Below, one piece after another: positions 46,135 through 55,897 of a stretch of 64,000 nt of DNA. The DNA is taken from the IMG/VR virus record IMGVR_UViG_3300033977_000108, positions 140,634-204,633 of that record; one strand, 5' to 3'. Below the pieces are notes generated by a model. That model did not search any database. It was given only the letters and a program-made list of their open reading frames with translations, and had not been told where the DNA came from. The stretch's first letter is position 1. Each line of letters begins with the position of its first letter. A program made the translations under genes and the position numbers.

Positions 46135-46638
46135 TCATAGTTCCCTCTCTGGTATTGGATTGTATTCCCTCTGCTCTGGCCTGATGCACAGAGTATCAAT
46201 TGCCTTCATCGCCTTTTGCTCGGCTGCTAAGTCCCACTCATTGACCACGCCTAAGGCCTTGGACAGGGCGGCGCGGATGGTATGCAGGAAGTTATTCGCG
46301 TCCTCGCGCCTGATTATCTGGTCGCCAATCGTTGTCCACTGCTCCTCGTCGCCTTCAAACAGCCGGCACAGAGAAACAGCTGCGCTTTCAGCACACCACA
46401 AAGCATTGAACATCCTTGGGGATGCAGCTATAAAGCAGGGTAGCTCGGGAGAGCTATCGCACACAGCTACGGTTCTCCCATTGATATCCTTGACCTCAAT
46501 ATCTCGGGCGTACCAATCAGGCGCCTCCCTCAACTCCTCCCGGAGTCTGGCCCAGAAGTTAGGGGGCTCTATTATCATAGGCGGAACTTTAGGGGGCTCT
46601 ATTATCATAGATGGAGCTGTCGAATTAGTTGAGCCCAA
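46135..46638 (-). CDS. hypothetical protein with duplicated MIIEPP
   Basis: 167-aa ORF; FIAASPRM resembles the LIAAAP phage motif. Confidence 0.55.
   Translation of the reverse strand: MGSTNSTAPSMIIEPPKVPPMIIEPPNFWARLREELREAPDWYARDIEVKDINGRTVAVCDSSPELPCFIAASPRMFNALWCAESAAVSLCRLFEGDEEQWTTIGDQIIRREDANNFLHTIRAALSKALGVVNEWDLAAEQKAMKAIDTLCIRPEQREYNPIPEREL
46559..46610. repeat. 22-bp direct repeat x2 (30-nt period) in coding sequence
   Basis: TTAGGGGGCTCTATTATCATAG at 46559 and 46589. Confidence 0.85.
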
Positions 46639-46652
46639 TTGCGGCCTCCAGC

Positions 46653-47438
46653 CTACCGTTGTCGATCCGCCCGGTTTTTATTCTCACTGCTGATTCCTTT
46701 CAGTTTATCCCAGACCCTGAATGCTGGGGTCGGCAGCCTGGGCAACAGCGACCTACAAGGGGATAGAGAATAGTCGTAAATGATAGGACTGACATTTCCC
46801 CTAACTGGGACATAGTTACTCAATTTCAGCGGGCTGCCAGAATCCATGTTATGACTGCCATACCATGCGCTATTCCCGGCTTCAGCCAGTATTTTTGCCA
46901 CTTCTGCTACATCGGCAAGGCTGAAGCGATAATCGTGTCCGCCGACTGGTATCTCCGTCATCGCCAGTAGCTCTTTGATCTTCGCGTCTTCGCAGGTAAG
47001 CGGGACCCGTATGATTATTCCTTTCATGTAGGCACCAACCAAGCGCTCGGCGGCTACCAGAATGCCACCGTAGGACGCTTCGTTATCAGGTAAGGTAGGG
47101 TAAAGCCTCGTCGCGCAAAGCGCCTCTGGCCCTGATACTAGTATTAGTAGAGCGTTGTTGTGCATCGCCAGTCGTATTGCGGCGGAGAGGTTCTTCCCCT
47201 CTGCATCCAGCAGGTTATTCGGGTCCTGCATCAGATAGTAGATTACATCGAATTCTGTCTGACCCAAGGTTGCGTTTACCCATCTAAGTCGCTGGCTGTC
47301 ATATACCGAGAACACGGCGGCATAGAGCAGGTCATCCGTCATAAAGACTTCTGCTCTGGGCGGAGTACTTGACAAATAGTCTTGCAGTGATTTCCCAAGT
47401 GGGTGATAGGGATTACCGGCTATCAGTGCTTTCATCTT
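46653..47438 (-). CDS. extended SDR / RmlD-like Rossmann-fold protein, degenerate
   Basis: MKALIAG..., DVIYY, LILVS, YGG...AERLV, IIIR, DVAEVA, HNMDS layout of NAD-dependent epimerases. Confidence 0.6.
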   Translation of the reverse strand, partial: KMKALIAGNPYHPLGKSLQDYLSSTPPRAEVFMTDDLLYAAVFSVYDSQRLRWVNATLGQTEFDVIYYLMQDPNNLLDAEGKNLSAAIRLAMHNNALLILVSGPEALCATRLYPTLPDNEASYGGILVAAERLVGAYMKGIIIRVPLTCEDAKIKELLAMTEIPVGGHDYRFSLADVAEVAKILAEAGNSAWYGSHNMDSGSPLKLSNYVPVRGNVSPIIYDYSLSPCRSLLPRLPTPAFRVWDKLKGISSENKNRADRQR

Positions 47439-47844
47439 TCTTCTCCTTCTTTGCGGCGCCATCACAGAGTCGCGTGGTAAGGCTTAGGTGCCTCTCAATG
47501 ATTTCTTCAACCTCCGCAACTCCTTGATAATAGGCTTCTTCGCTGCTTTGGAATGTCCTAGGAGCGTGGGTGTAGGGTTCTTCAGTGGGAGATAGACGTA
47601 GGCATTCCATCAATACTTCGTGAAGTGCCTTATCCAATCTATAAGGTAGCGCTAAGCGGACACGCTCCTCCACGGTTTCCCCTATCTCCTGGCTCACTCG
47701 GTGCTGTATCGCACTCATCAGCCGGTCTTGTAGCCGGCCGAAGTTCTCGTTTCGCAGCGGACCGGTCCGTATCATTTCTCTGGCATCTTTGTATCGGTTC
47801 TCAATTAAAGCGATGGCTATATTCCAAACTGCTGCTACGCTCAT
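47413..47844 (-). CDS. hypothetical protein
   Basis: Helical ORF; GGAGG RBS before MSVAA. Confidence 0.55.
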   Translation of the reverse strand: MSVAAVWNIAIALIENRYKDAREMIRTGPLRNENFGRLQDRLMSAIQHRVSQEIGETVEERVRLALPYRLDKALHEVLMECLRLSPTEEPYTHAPRTFQSSEEAYYQGVAEVEEIIERHLSLTTRLCDGAAKKEKKDESTDSR

Positions 47845-47879
47845 ATGGCCTCCCAAGGCCTTTCCATTTCTGAGGTCAG

Positions 47880-48281
47880 TTAGACGACTCTGTCTGCATA
47901 CTGGAATTGATTGTCATACCAGTTGAACTCATCCGTGGCCTCAAGCTTATCTTCTTTTACTTTCTTGCTCTTGGTATTATTGTCCGATAGGGTGATCCTG
48001 GCAGAGACGTCGAACTCCATGTCCTTGCCTACCTGCCGGTAGCCTTTGTTTGTCTTTTCCTTGGACAGGCACTCAAGAAATGTCATGGCGCTCTGCTTGG
48101 TCTCGCCAGAGACCTTTACTTGTTCCTGCGCGTTGTTGGACGAGAAGTTTTCAATCCTGCCCCAGCGACAAACTACGGAGTAGAGCGTTGACGGAGGTGA
48201 GAGTCTGCAAAGATTTAGCTCATAGTATTTATTGGAATTGCCGGTCGTATTATGTAAAACTCGGCGTAGTATCACTCGCAT
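47880..48281 (-). CDS. WGR-domain protein
   Basis: NSNKYYEL...V..RWGRI...K..KGY. Confidence 0.85.
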   Translation of the reverse strand: MRVILRRVLHNTTGNSNKYYELNLCRLSPPSTLYSVVCRWGRIENFSSNNAQEQVKVSGETKQSAMTFLECLSKEKTNKGYRQVGKDMEFDVSARITLSDNNTKSKKVKEDKLEATDEFNWYDNQFQYADRVV

Positions 48282-48648
48282 CGAATTCCCTTGAGCCCGT
48301 TTTCCATTCGGGATAGTTAGGCAACGCGTCCCTCACTGCCTTCAGTATCTGAAGGTAGAGTAGGCCTTCCTGTTGGTGGGATGGCAGCTCCTCAATAAAG
48401 CGGCTATCCAGGGTATAGGTAGTGATGGTTTTGCCCGGCTCTGCTATAGACAAGCTGAGGGCTGGTACAACAGCTAAGGATACTCTTAGCTTCCACGGCT
48501 TATCGCCTATGTCGTGCCCCATGTGGCACATCTTGCCCCAGGCAATGAGCTTTGGCAAGAGCGGTTCAAGTGCTTCAAAGACAGCGTCTTGTATAGCACT
48601 TGCCAGTTCTACCGGCACTGGTTCGTCTTTCTTGGGTTTCTTCGTCAT
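48250..48648 (-). CDS. hypothetical protein
   Basis: AAGGAGG RBS; promoter upstream. Confidence 0.6.
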   Translation of the reverse strand: MTKKPKKDEPVPVELASAIQDAVFEALEPLLPKLIAWGKMCHMGHDIGDKPWKLRVSLAVVPALSLSIAEPGKTITTYTLDSRFIEELPSHQQEGLLYLQILKAVRDALPNYPEWKTGSREFDASDTTPSFT

Positions 48649-48665
48649 TGGAGACCTCCTTGTGT

Positions 48666-48674
48666 ATTATAGCA
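48666..48674 (-). promoter_or_regulatory. extended -10 promoter
   Basis: TGCTATAAT overlapping the upstream stop codon. Confidence 0.5.
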
Positions 48675-49557
48675 CGCGCTCCTTTTCTCGCGGGATTAGT
48701 ATTTCCTGCAAGCCCAGGCTGTCAATAGCTTTCATTACCTCCAGAGGGATGTTCTTCAACTCCTTATCTTTCACCAGTCGTTTGTGGCTGTGCATACTAA
48801 CGCTATCCGTGCGCTTAATATATCGCAGCGACTTTTCTGGCAGCTCGTTCTTTGCGTCTCTGTATTCCTTATCGCCGCGGAGGGTCAGACGGCCACCTTC
48901 CTTGCTGGCCTCAAACATAGCAGTAGCAAACTGGCTCTTGTAAGTCAGGTGCCCTTGTTCCTTGGCTTTTATGCTGGCGTATATGTCTTCCAGCCGGTTC
49001 CTCTCTCCGAAATCCGGCCCCAGATGCGGATTGGGGCATAGGAAGAGGTTGATTGGCAACTGACCATATGTCCTCTGGAAGGATGTGTCTGCCCAGCAAG
49101 AGTTATTGAAGCCGGCGCCAACTATAGGCCTATCTTCGTTTTCTGCCATTTTGATGACATCCTGCTCTATGTATTTCATAGCCGCTTGTATGATAGCCGG
49201 GAATCCGATTAGGTTAGGACAATAGGATTTCCCCTTCCCGATTATCAGCCTAAACTCATTCGGGTCGCCGTCAGACATCCAAAAGATGCCGGACATCAGG
49301 CTTCGCAGCCAGTTTCTAATCTGCCCAAAGGTCATCCCAGCCGGGTGATAGACGGGTATTGCTCCCTCCGGCAGGAATTCCTCTACTTTCCCGCGTACTA
49401 TCTCTGATAAGCAGATGTAGATTGTGCCCCCGTACAGGGTACAGGCAAGGTGTAGTCTATCATTCCGTCTTGTTAGCTCTGCTGGTATAATCTCTCCGAA
49501 TTTATTCCAGAATCCGCCGTGCAGTATGACCCGTGGGATATCCAGAGGTCTTATCAT
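48667..49557 (-). CDS. hypothetical protein
   Basis: 296-aa ORF; no motif recognised. Confidence 0.7.
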   Translation of the reverse strand: MIRPLDIPRVILHGGFWNKFGEIIPAELTRRNDRLHLACTLYGGTIYICLSEIVRGKVEEFLPEGAIPVYHPAGMTFGQIRNWLRSLMSGIFWMSDGDPNEFRLIIGKGKSYCPNLIGFPAIIQAAMKYIEQDVIKMAENEDRPIVGAGFNNSCWADTSFQRTYGQLPINLFLCPNPHLGPDFGERNRLEDIYASIKAKEQGHLTYKSQFATAMFEASKEGGRLTLRGDKEYRDAKNELPEKSLRYIKRTDSVSMHSHKRLVKDKELKNIPLEVMKAIDSLGLQEILIPREKERVL

Positions 49558-49587
49558 GAGATAAGCACCGCCTTGGTCGGCCTACAG

Positions 49588-49623
49588 ACAAAAATAGCCG
49601 GGTACTTGTTAGGTACCCGGCTA
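49588..49623 (-). terminator. rho-independent terminator after ssb
   Basis: TAGCCGGGTAC/GTACCCGGCTA 11-bp stem followed by TTTTTGT on the minus strand. Confidence 0.8.
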
Positions 49624-49655
49624 GAATGACTAGTACCGCTTCTGGCGGATGTCGT

Positions 49656-50078
49656 CTAGAAAGGAAGGTCCTCTGCAGCAATCTCAGGCGCAGCATCAGG
49701 AGGCGGTGCCTCTTGGGCCGGCTGACCAGGTTTACTTGGAGATAGATTTTTGATAATCGAGACGATTATCTGCTTTCCTTTGTGCTTGTTACCTTCCCGG
49801 TCAACATAGTTGTTGTCTTGCAGCGTACCCTCAAGGTATAACAGGTCACCCTTGTGTACATACTTGCTGATGTATTCGGCCGTCTTCTTGAAGGCGACCA
49901 GATCGTTGTACTGTGGCACCGACTCATAGACAGGCTTGCCGGCGCTGTCTACCTTGTCGGTCTTCGTACTGCGATTCGTGGCAACGCCAAGCGTGACAAG
50001 TGCGCCATTGCTCTTCAGTTCCGGGTCCCTGGTGGCCCGGCAAATAGCTGTGACTTTTACAAAGGTTGTGTCAGACAT
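49656..50078 (-). CDS. ssb: single-stranded DNA-binding protein
   Basis: RATRDPEL...GVATN...VAFKKTAE...KGDLLYLEG.L...Y; acidic C-terminal EDLPF. Confidence 0.92.
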   Translation of the reverse strand: MSDTTFVKVTAICRATRDPELKSNGALVTLGVATNRSTKTDKVDSAGKPVYESVPQYNDLVAFKKTAEYISKYVHKGDLLYLEGTLQDNNYVDREGNKHKGKQIIVSIIKNLSPSKPGQPAQEAPPPDAAPEIAAEDLPF

Positions 50079-50086
50079 AATCCTCC

Positions 50087-51196
50087 TTATTGTCTGTCCG
50101 CCCTGAAAGTATCAGTGCCTTGCGGCTTGACCATTTTCCATAGCAAATCATGGTATGGCTTGCCATCCAGCATCCTGAATAGGAGCGGAGCTAAGTCCTT
50201 GTACTGGTTGAAGTAAGCAGCGGCAAACTTCCGCTGCTCGTGTGGCGTGGGGAAGCCCAGCATCACACTGAGACAGTCCGTGCGAAACTTATTATAAACT
50301 AGCAGGGCGCGGGCTTGTAAATCCGCTACATCCCCTGTCAGCTTATCCGACCACTTTCTTGTCCAGGCCGTAAAGTCTTCTGGTGTATTCTCCGTCAGGC
50401 GGCGCAGGTCATCGGCGGCGTTCGCGCTCTTCATTAGTATCTCCCAGATTGCCTTGGGATTGACGCCTGTCAGCAGCTTGTGAAGGCGCATATAGTCGGC
50501 GAATTTGACCTTGACCCTATATGGAGGCCGGTCGGGAAACTTCCAGGCCAGGACATAGCCCTCTTCATTCTTGTTATTTTCGGCCAGGCATTGGGCAATA
50601 GTCTTACCAGATTTGCCAACCATCTCCAAATGGTGGTAGTCTGCCACCTGCTTTACTTCATCGTATGTGCCTTCGATGCCCGTCGGGGTGTCCACTATGG
50701 ATAATAGCATTAGCCCCTCTTTGGGATATTTCACAACTATCTGATTCCAGGCTGCTATTATTTCAAATAGGGACGTTGCTCCAAGCCACTCAATGTGCCC
50801 AATGTGGTCTTCGTACCATTTGGTAGCCCACTGGGCTTGTTCGGAGGCAAAGCTACCACGAGTGGCTATACCTTCTTCTCCCTTATAAGACCAATAGATA
50901 CCAAGGCTTCCATCTAGCTTCTCGGTAACTTCTGGTACACCAGGAGGAACATAGTCTTGCCCATAGTTCCAGAACTTCCTGAAGGGGCGGGCTATGACAT
51001 CGCCGTCCTTGGTTATTATTAGCCCGCGGCAAGTATTCATAGCCTCGTTCCATTGGCTGGGCGCCTCATGCTGGGCAGCGTGCGTGTAGTTGTAGATTAG
51101 CAGAGGCAGCGTTGGGTGGGCTGTACATGATATCATGCCTTCCTGTACGCTGAACTCCAGGCTCTTGACATCAAGTATTTGATTGATGCTTGTCAT
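50087..51196 (-). CDS. T4 Rnl1-like RNA ligase
   Basis: IYNY...W...CRGLI...ARPFRKFWN...TEKLDGSLG...ATRGSF, LFEI, EEGYV, VKVKF..Y. Confidence 0.88.
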   Translation of the reverse strand: MTSINQILDVKSLEFSVQEGMISCTAHPTLPLLIYNYTHAAQHEAPSQWNEAMNTCRGLIITKDGDVIARPFRKFWNYGQDYVPPGVPEVTEKLDGSLGIYWSYKGEEGIATRGSFASEQAQWATKWYEDHIGHIEWLGATSLFEIIAAWNQIVVKYPKEGLMLLSIVDTPTGIEGTYDEVKQVADYHHLEMVGKSGKTIAQCLAENNKNEEGYVLAWKFPDRPPYRVKVKFADYMRLHKLLTGVNPKAIWEILMKSANAADDLRRLTENTPEDFTAWTRKWSDKLTGDVADLQARALLVYNKFRTDCLSVMLGFPTPHEQRKFAAAYFNQYKDLAPLLFRMLDGKPYHDLLWKMVKPQGTDTFRADRQ

Positions 51197-51383
51197 GTTC
51201 TTTGTCCTTGAAGGTAGGGCAGTCGCACTTCGAGCACTTGCCGGAGTGGGTAAAGAGAAAGATTTGCTTTGTCTCGTCGTATGGCCGGTCGTGATACATG
51301 TACAAGTGCCCACAAGTACAGAAGACTTCCTCGTCTGTCCTCTTCCTTCTAATCGCCCCTGTGGTGCTCATTGGCCGGTCAAC

Positions 51384-51737
51384 TCACCGATTATTACTAG
51401 TCACCCTCTCTGAATACCCTATCCTCTCCAGATACGCCATCAAAGCCTTCAAAACCTCTGGCTCAAGGTAGATGGTGTTCCTTGGGTCGTCTGGATAGCC
51501 ATTCCCCGTGGTCAATACCAACTGGCCGCAGTCGTTGAGGTTAACGTAAACGCTATCGCCGAGGTATTCTTTCAGGTCGTTCATTCTTCCTCCGCATTGC
51601 CTCATAGTATGGGCCTCGGAGTACCTATAGATTGTATTATCTCCCATCTGTTCCTCCTTTCTCTTGCTCGTAAGAATCGCAAGAGACAAGCCATACTGGA
51701 TCAAAGTTGAATGGCCAGCAGAACCACCCACTCCCAA
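51384..51737 (-). CDS. hypothetical protein
   Basis: YLGDSVYV...LTT.NG...NTIYLEPEV..AL..Y phage-type family; true start probably internal. Confidence 0.5.
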   Translation of the reverse strand: MGVGGSAGHSTLIQYGLSLAILTSKRKEEQMGDNTIYRYSEAHTMRQCGGRMNDLKEYLGDSVYVNLNDCGQLVLTTGNGYPDDPRNTIYLEPEVLKALMAYLERIGYSERVTSNNR

Positions 51738-51858
51738 TGCCGTGTTCGTGTCCTACAACTTTGGCTGACCAGCAGGCACAGGATGAGTGGGCGTCTCCTG
51801 CGATAGGTCGCCTATGGGTACAACTATAGCAGAGCGGACAACTTGATTTGCTTTCCAT
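51637..51858 (-). CDS. small Cys-rich phage protein
   Basis: CY.C..RR...GDAH..C...GWF.WPFNFDP.W...C. Confidence 0.6.
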   Translation of the reverse strand: MESKSSCPLCYSCTHRRPIAGDAHSSCACWSAKVVGHEHGIGSGWFCWPFNFDPVWLVSCDSYEQEKGGTDGR

Positions 51859-52058
51859 GGATCACCCGATAATGGCTATCTCAACGGCGTCTGCCGACTC
51901 TCCCATCTCTGGGTATGTTTCCCAATAGTGCCCGCAGCTGAATTCTGCATCCATTATCTTTATTTCGCCCTTGAAATCGTAGGGAAGACCCTCATTCATC
52001 CTGGCAACGATTGTTCCAGGAGGCAGGGTTCGTAATAGGACTATTAGTTCTTCGGCTG

Positions 52059-52844
52059 TCATTGCTCCTCCTCTGCATTGCTCCATGGCCCTCTGGGCCA
52101 GGGCAGCTGGGCTGGAATCATCTCGGTCAGATTGCTACGCTCCTCCACGAATGGGAAAGCGGGTCGAACCAGCCATTCGCCTTTGTATGTACAAAGCCTG
52201 CCGAATCTATGTTTTACGGGAATGTTCTCCCACTGCACACCTACTGTTGCAAGGTCCTCCAGCCTCTGCTTGTTGTTCCTCTTGTCCAGCTGGCGTGGAG
52301 AAAAGTGGACCTCTGCCATCATGTTGATGGCATTACGCACCCAGTCCCTCTGGCGCCAGATAAAGTAGTTCTCCACTTCTATCCGATGTGGGATAACAAA
52401 GGCGCGCGCATCGAATGTAGCGCGTGGCTGGAATTTATAGCTCTCCAGCCCTGGCGCTGGGTTTTCGTCGGCTAAGTAGTTGATATGGTTGTTGAAAGCT
52501 GATGTGAAGTGCGAGGCAGCTACCGACACGATTTTCTGCAGGTTGCCATCAAACCAAGCCTGGGTGCCAGGCTGCTCGAAATCTGTCAGTAGCACCGATA
52601 CTTCGTCGCTCTGCAAGTATGCAAACTTGCAGCCTTGTATCTCCTTACATAAGCAGCAGGTAGCGTAAGCAAAAGCACTCTCCAAATCCTCATCAAATGG
52701 CCTGCTGGCCTTTCTGGTATAGAGGTGGAAGGCCTTGCCGTCTACTCGTATGATTGTATAGGTACTGCGGGGAAGATAGATACGATATCTATCCTCATAG
52801 TAGCCCTTCATACGGGCAGCAAGAGCGTTCTTGGCTTCGCTCAT
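52059..52844 (-). CDS. tRNA(His) guanylyltransferase / Thg1-like 3'-5' polymerase
   Basis: RMK.YE, IRVDGKAFH, QSDEVS, FDG..QK..S..AS, FDAR, YFIWRQ.D..RN. Confidence 0.92.
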   Translation of the reverse strand: MSEAKNALAARMKGYYEDRYRIYLPRSTYTIIRVDGKAFHLYTRKASRPFDEDLESAFAYATCCLCKEIQGCKFAYLQSDEVSVLLTDFEQPGTQAWFDGNLQKIVSVAASHFTSAFNNHINYLADENPAPGLESYKFQPRATFDARAFVIPHRIEVENYFIWRQRDWVRNAINMMAEVHFSPRQLDKRNNKQRLEDLATVGVQWENIPVKHRFGRLCTYKGEWLVRPAFPFVEERSNLTEMIPAQLPWPRGPWSNAEEEQ

Positions 52845-53096
52845 GCCTTCTTCCCATACTGCTTGATCAGGGCCCTCTGCTTCTCTATATTGCCCTCGAT
52901 CTTATCGAGTACCAAAATGGCACACACCACACAGTCCTGCAAGGTGGCACCTGGTCTGGCTGCGCTAGTATCTATAGCTGCATTCAACGCGGCTTTGTAT
53001 AGCTGGTCTTCGTCCACAGGTGTGGAATCATTCTCGCTCATTGAATATCTTTCTCAGGAATGCCTTTTCCTTGGAAATCTTCTCGTGGGCTCCCGG

Positions 53097-53471
53097 TCAA
53101 TCCTCGATCTCAAACAGGGTGTCGATGATGCCTCCGAGTGAGAAGTTCTTCCCTGTTCTCAGGCTTTCCACATCAAGCACGTCACCTTCAAGAGCTTCCA
53201 GAAAGGCTGTGTTCCTCTTGATTCGATTCACGGCTTCGCCCCACTGGTAGCGGATACACGGCCGGTATGCACACTCTATACGTGGCCTCTTGTCGAACTC
53301 TTCCCATGTGTTTATAGTGCGCATTTGTTTCTGGAGGGCGGCCAGATACTTCACGTAGTTGGCCTTGTAGGTCTTGAATAGCTTGTCATAGTCTGCCTTC
53401 TCCTTCACCAGCTTGTCAAGTGCACGCTGCAGCCGGGCTCTCAATACAGATTTCTTCACTTCCATAGTCAA
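53097..53471 (-). CDS. hypothetical coiled-coil protein
   Basis: 124-aa ORF with AAGGAG RBS. Confidence 0.55.
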   Translation of the reverse strand: MTMEVKKSVLRARLQRALDKLVKEKADYDKLFKTYKANYVKYLAALQKQMRTINTWEEFDKRPRIECAYRPCIRYQWGEAVNRIKRNTAFLEALEGDVLDVESLRTGKNFSLGGIIDTLFEIED

Positions 53472-53585
53472 TCTCCTTCCTCGCGGAAGATCTTCCTCAG
53501 CAGGGTCTCCTCCCTGCTCAGCTTCTCACGTATCTTCCGGCGCTTATCACCGATGACACGAGTCCCGGGAGGAGCGCCGTGCATT

Positions 53586-53879
53586 CTAGCTCGCCGCTTG
53601 ACTTCCTTGATTGGGTTCAGTACTTTGCGTTTCTTTGACATGGCAGGCTATCTCCTTTCTTCCTACTTGTATAGCCCGGGCCAGCCTATAGTTGCCATCG
53701 TGGATGATGTACTGGCCATCCCGAAGCTCTACAAACAGAGGCCTGTAATCCCGCCTTGGATGCCGCTGGATGTAGTCTGCCATGCCAGCCATTTCTATTG
53801 CTCTTGGGGCTGGCAAGTCGGATATTCTGATCATCTGGATCGGACACTTCTCAAACTCATTGTTGACCAAGGTGTTCAC
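53586..53879 (-). CDS. ParB/sulfiredoxin N-terminal-like domain protein
   Basis: PLFV...YIIHDGNYRL..A...G...I pattern. Confidence 0.55.
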   Translation of the reverse strand: MNTLVNNEFEKCPIQMIRISDLPAPRAIEMAGMADYIQRHPRRDYRPLFVELRDGQYIIHDGNYRLARAIQVGRKEIACHVKETQSTEPNQGSQAAS

Positions 53880-54052
53880 GATGTTCCTCCAAGAAGAAAT
53901 GCTCAGCGTACTCGCCGGTGATCTTGCGCAACTGGGAAAGCTGTAGGGCTATCTCCCACAAGGCCCTTACCTTGGCGGCTTCCGCGGTCCTGGACATAGG
54001 CATTGTGCTGTTAAAGGCGTCCATAAGTGAATCCTGCTCGCTTCTTATCTGG

Positions 54053-55156
54053 TCAGGCTCCATCATCGTCCTCCAGAGTGCCAGCCTTGAACTTTAGGCT
54101 GCTATAGTAATCGGCGTGGTCAACGTCATCCCTTGGCCCCTTATAGATAGCCTGGAACAGGGAGCCATTGGGATAGGCGTACAAGTATTTTACATCAATT
54201 AACTGTTGCTTGTAGGGCATCTCCCAGTTAGGTGGGATGGTTACCTTGCCTACCTCCCTGAACATCCCGCCTTTGTCCAGCAGGATACCGAGAAGAACAC
54301 TTCGCTTGTCCTTGGTAGTGTCTAACACCTGGCAAGTGGCTTCGCCGTAAAACTTGAACTTGCGCATTGTCCCGCCACTGTTCGGCTTGCCTGCCTGGTA
54401 GGTTGCCTCTTTCTTCTTGAATACCAGTCCCTCTCCACGGCGCGCCTTTATCTCATTGAAAAGACTGCGCTTCTCTGCTGTTGTGTATGCTGTGTAAACT
54501 TCTTTTAGGTGTTCATCAAACCGTACGGCCAGCTCGGCGAGCATAGATAGGCGAAATACGGTTGACAGGCCAGTAAGATTATGTGTCCCAGCATATATGA
54601 GGTCAAATACATTCAGCACTGTGCCAATGGCTTCGCCGTCTAAGATAACCGGCACAGGGAGGGCTGCTATCGCGTCGCGTATTTCGGATGGGAAGCCCAC
54701 CACTATGCCTTTCTTATTGCTGGCAGTGATTTGGCCGCCCACGGAGCTAATCATCAGGTGCCTGCCATCAAACTTCTCCTGGGCGAGCCAGTTATCGTTT
54801 TTTATGTAGGTTTTAACTTCTTCCTCTTCAAGCATGGTCGGCTGCCAAGGTATAAGCCCGGAGGATTCCTTCTCGCCCGCCGCCACAACAGCGGCTTGGC
54901 TTGCCCCTTCACCAGGCTTATAACCCTTGGCTACTTTGGAGCCGACCAGCTTATTGTATACCTTCTTGGCTTGCTCGTATGTGGCGTTGGCTATCTTTAC
55001 GCCTGGTTGTAGGGTGCTTCCCCGTCTGCCGAACTCGAAGCTCACCCTCCAGCGCAGATTATCCAGGCCGTTTCCTTTATCTTCCAGCAAGTGTGCCAGG
55101 TAGACTTTATCACTGCTACCCTGTTTGAAGTAGAGACTTATTGATTCTTCCTTCAT
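54053..55156 (-). CDS. WGR domain-ATP-dependent DNA ligase fusion
   Basis: N-terminal SDKVY...FGRRG...K..KGY (WGR-like); EKFDG (motif I), LDGE, FDL, EGLVFK, KFK; C-terminal OB-like segment. Confidence 0.85.
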   Translation of the reverse strand: MKEESISLYFKQGSSDKVYLAHLLEDKGNGLDNLRWRVSFEFGRRGSTLQPGVKIANATYEQAKKVYNKLVGSKVAKGYKPGEGASQAAVVAAGEKESSGLIPWQPTMLEEEEVKTYIKNDNWLAQEKFDGRHLMISSVGGQITASNKKGIVVGFPSEIRDAIAALPVPVILDGEAIGTVLNVFDLIYAGTHNLTGLSTVFRLSMLAELAVRFDEHLKEVYTAYTTAEKRSLFNEIKARRGEGLVFKKKEATYQAGKPNSGGTMRKFKFYGEATCQVLDTTKDKRSVLLGILLDKGGMFREVGKVTIPPNWEMPYKQQLIDVKYLYAYPNGSLFQAIYKGPRDDVDHADYYSSLKFKAGTLEDDDGA

Positions 55157-55185
55157 TCATTGCCTCCTTAAGCACCAGCTACCTC

Positions 55186-55416
55186 CTATTCCAAGTAGCT
55201 CCCCGTCATCCCTGGCGGGGGTCCCCAGACTAGCGCACTATCAACTTCGGCGCCTGTTACCCTATCAAATTCCCACGCACTGCAGATAATCAGGGCGTCG
55301 GTTATCTTGGTCACTGTCAGGCGGTGCGGTATCTCGCCCCCAAGCCATCGTATGACAGTATCCCCTACCTGGGCTTCTCTGAATGAGACCACCTTTTCAT
55401 TCTTTTCTTTACCCAA
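55186..55416 (-). CDS. small hypothetical protein
   Basis: VGDTVIRWL...FDRVTGAEVD. Confidence 0.5.
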   Translation of the reverse strand: MGKEKNEKVVSFREAQVGDTVIRWLGGEIPHRLTVTKITDALIICSAWEFDRVTGAEVDSALVWGPPPGMTGSYLE

Positions 55417-55897
55417 TGAAAAAGTCTCCCAGTTAATTTAGGCGTTCCCGGCCTCGCGTCCGAGATGCGTCTCGCAATTGTACGACACGACATTTCTTGC
55501 CCTCAGCTGTAACCGTAGGTGCGTCGCTAGCCTTCAAGGATAGCTTATTGTGCCATGTCGTAGCCAGCAAGTACTCATCACAGTATGGACAGTGTATGTC
55601 AAACATTACAAATGGTATAGCCTTTTCCGTTTCATTCTTCTTTTTCTTCTTCATCTGGTCTCCTTTCCAATGTACTACTGTGGAGTTGGCTATCTATACG
55701 CCTGATTGCAGGGTGCTTCCAGCCCATAGCGGCATCCATGTTCAGTCGCCAGGTGTGGAAGGCATAGACATAATGCCAGAAGTCCATTATTGCCTGCCGT
55801 TCTATAGGGCGTTTCATCGCCAGCAGCGTGGAGAACATACCACGCTCGGCTACCAGGGATTGCTGTAATGCTATTAGATACAGCTGTGTTGCTGTTT

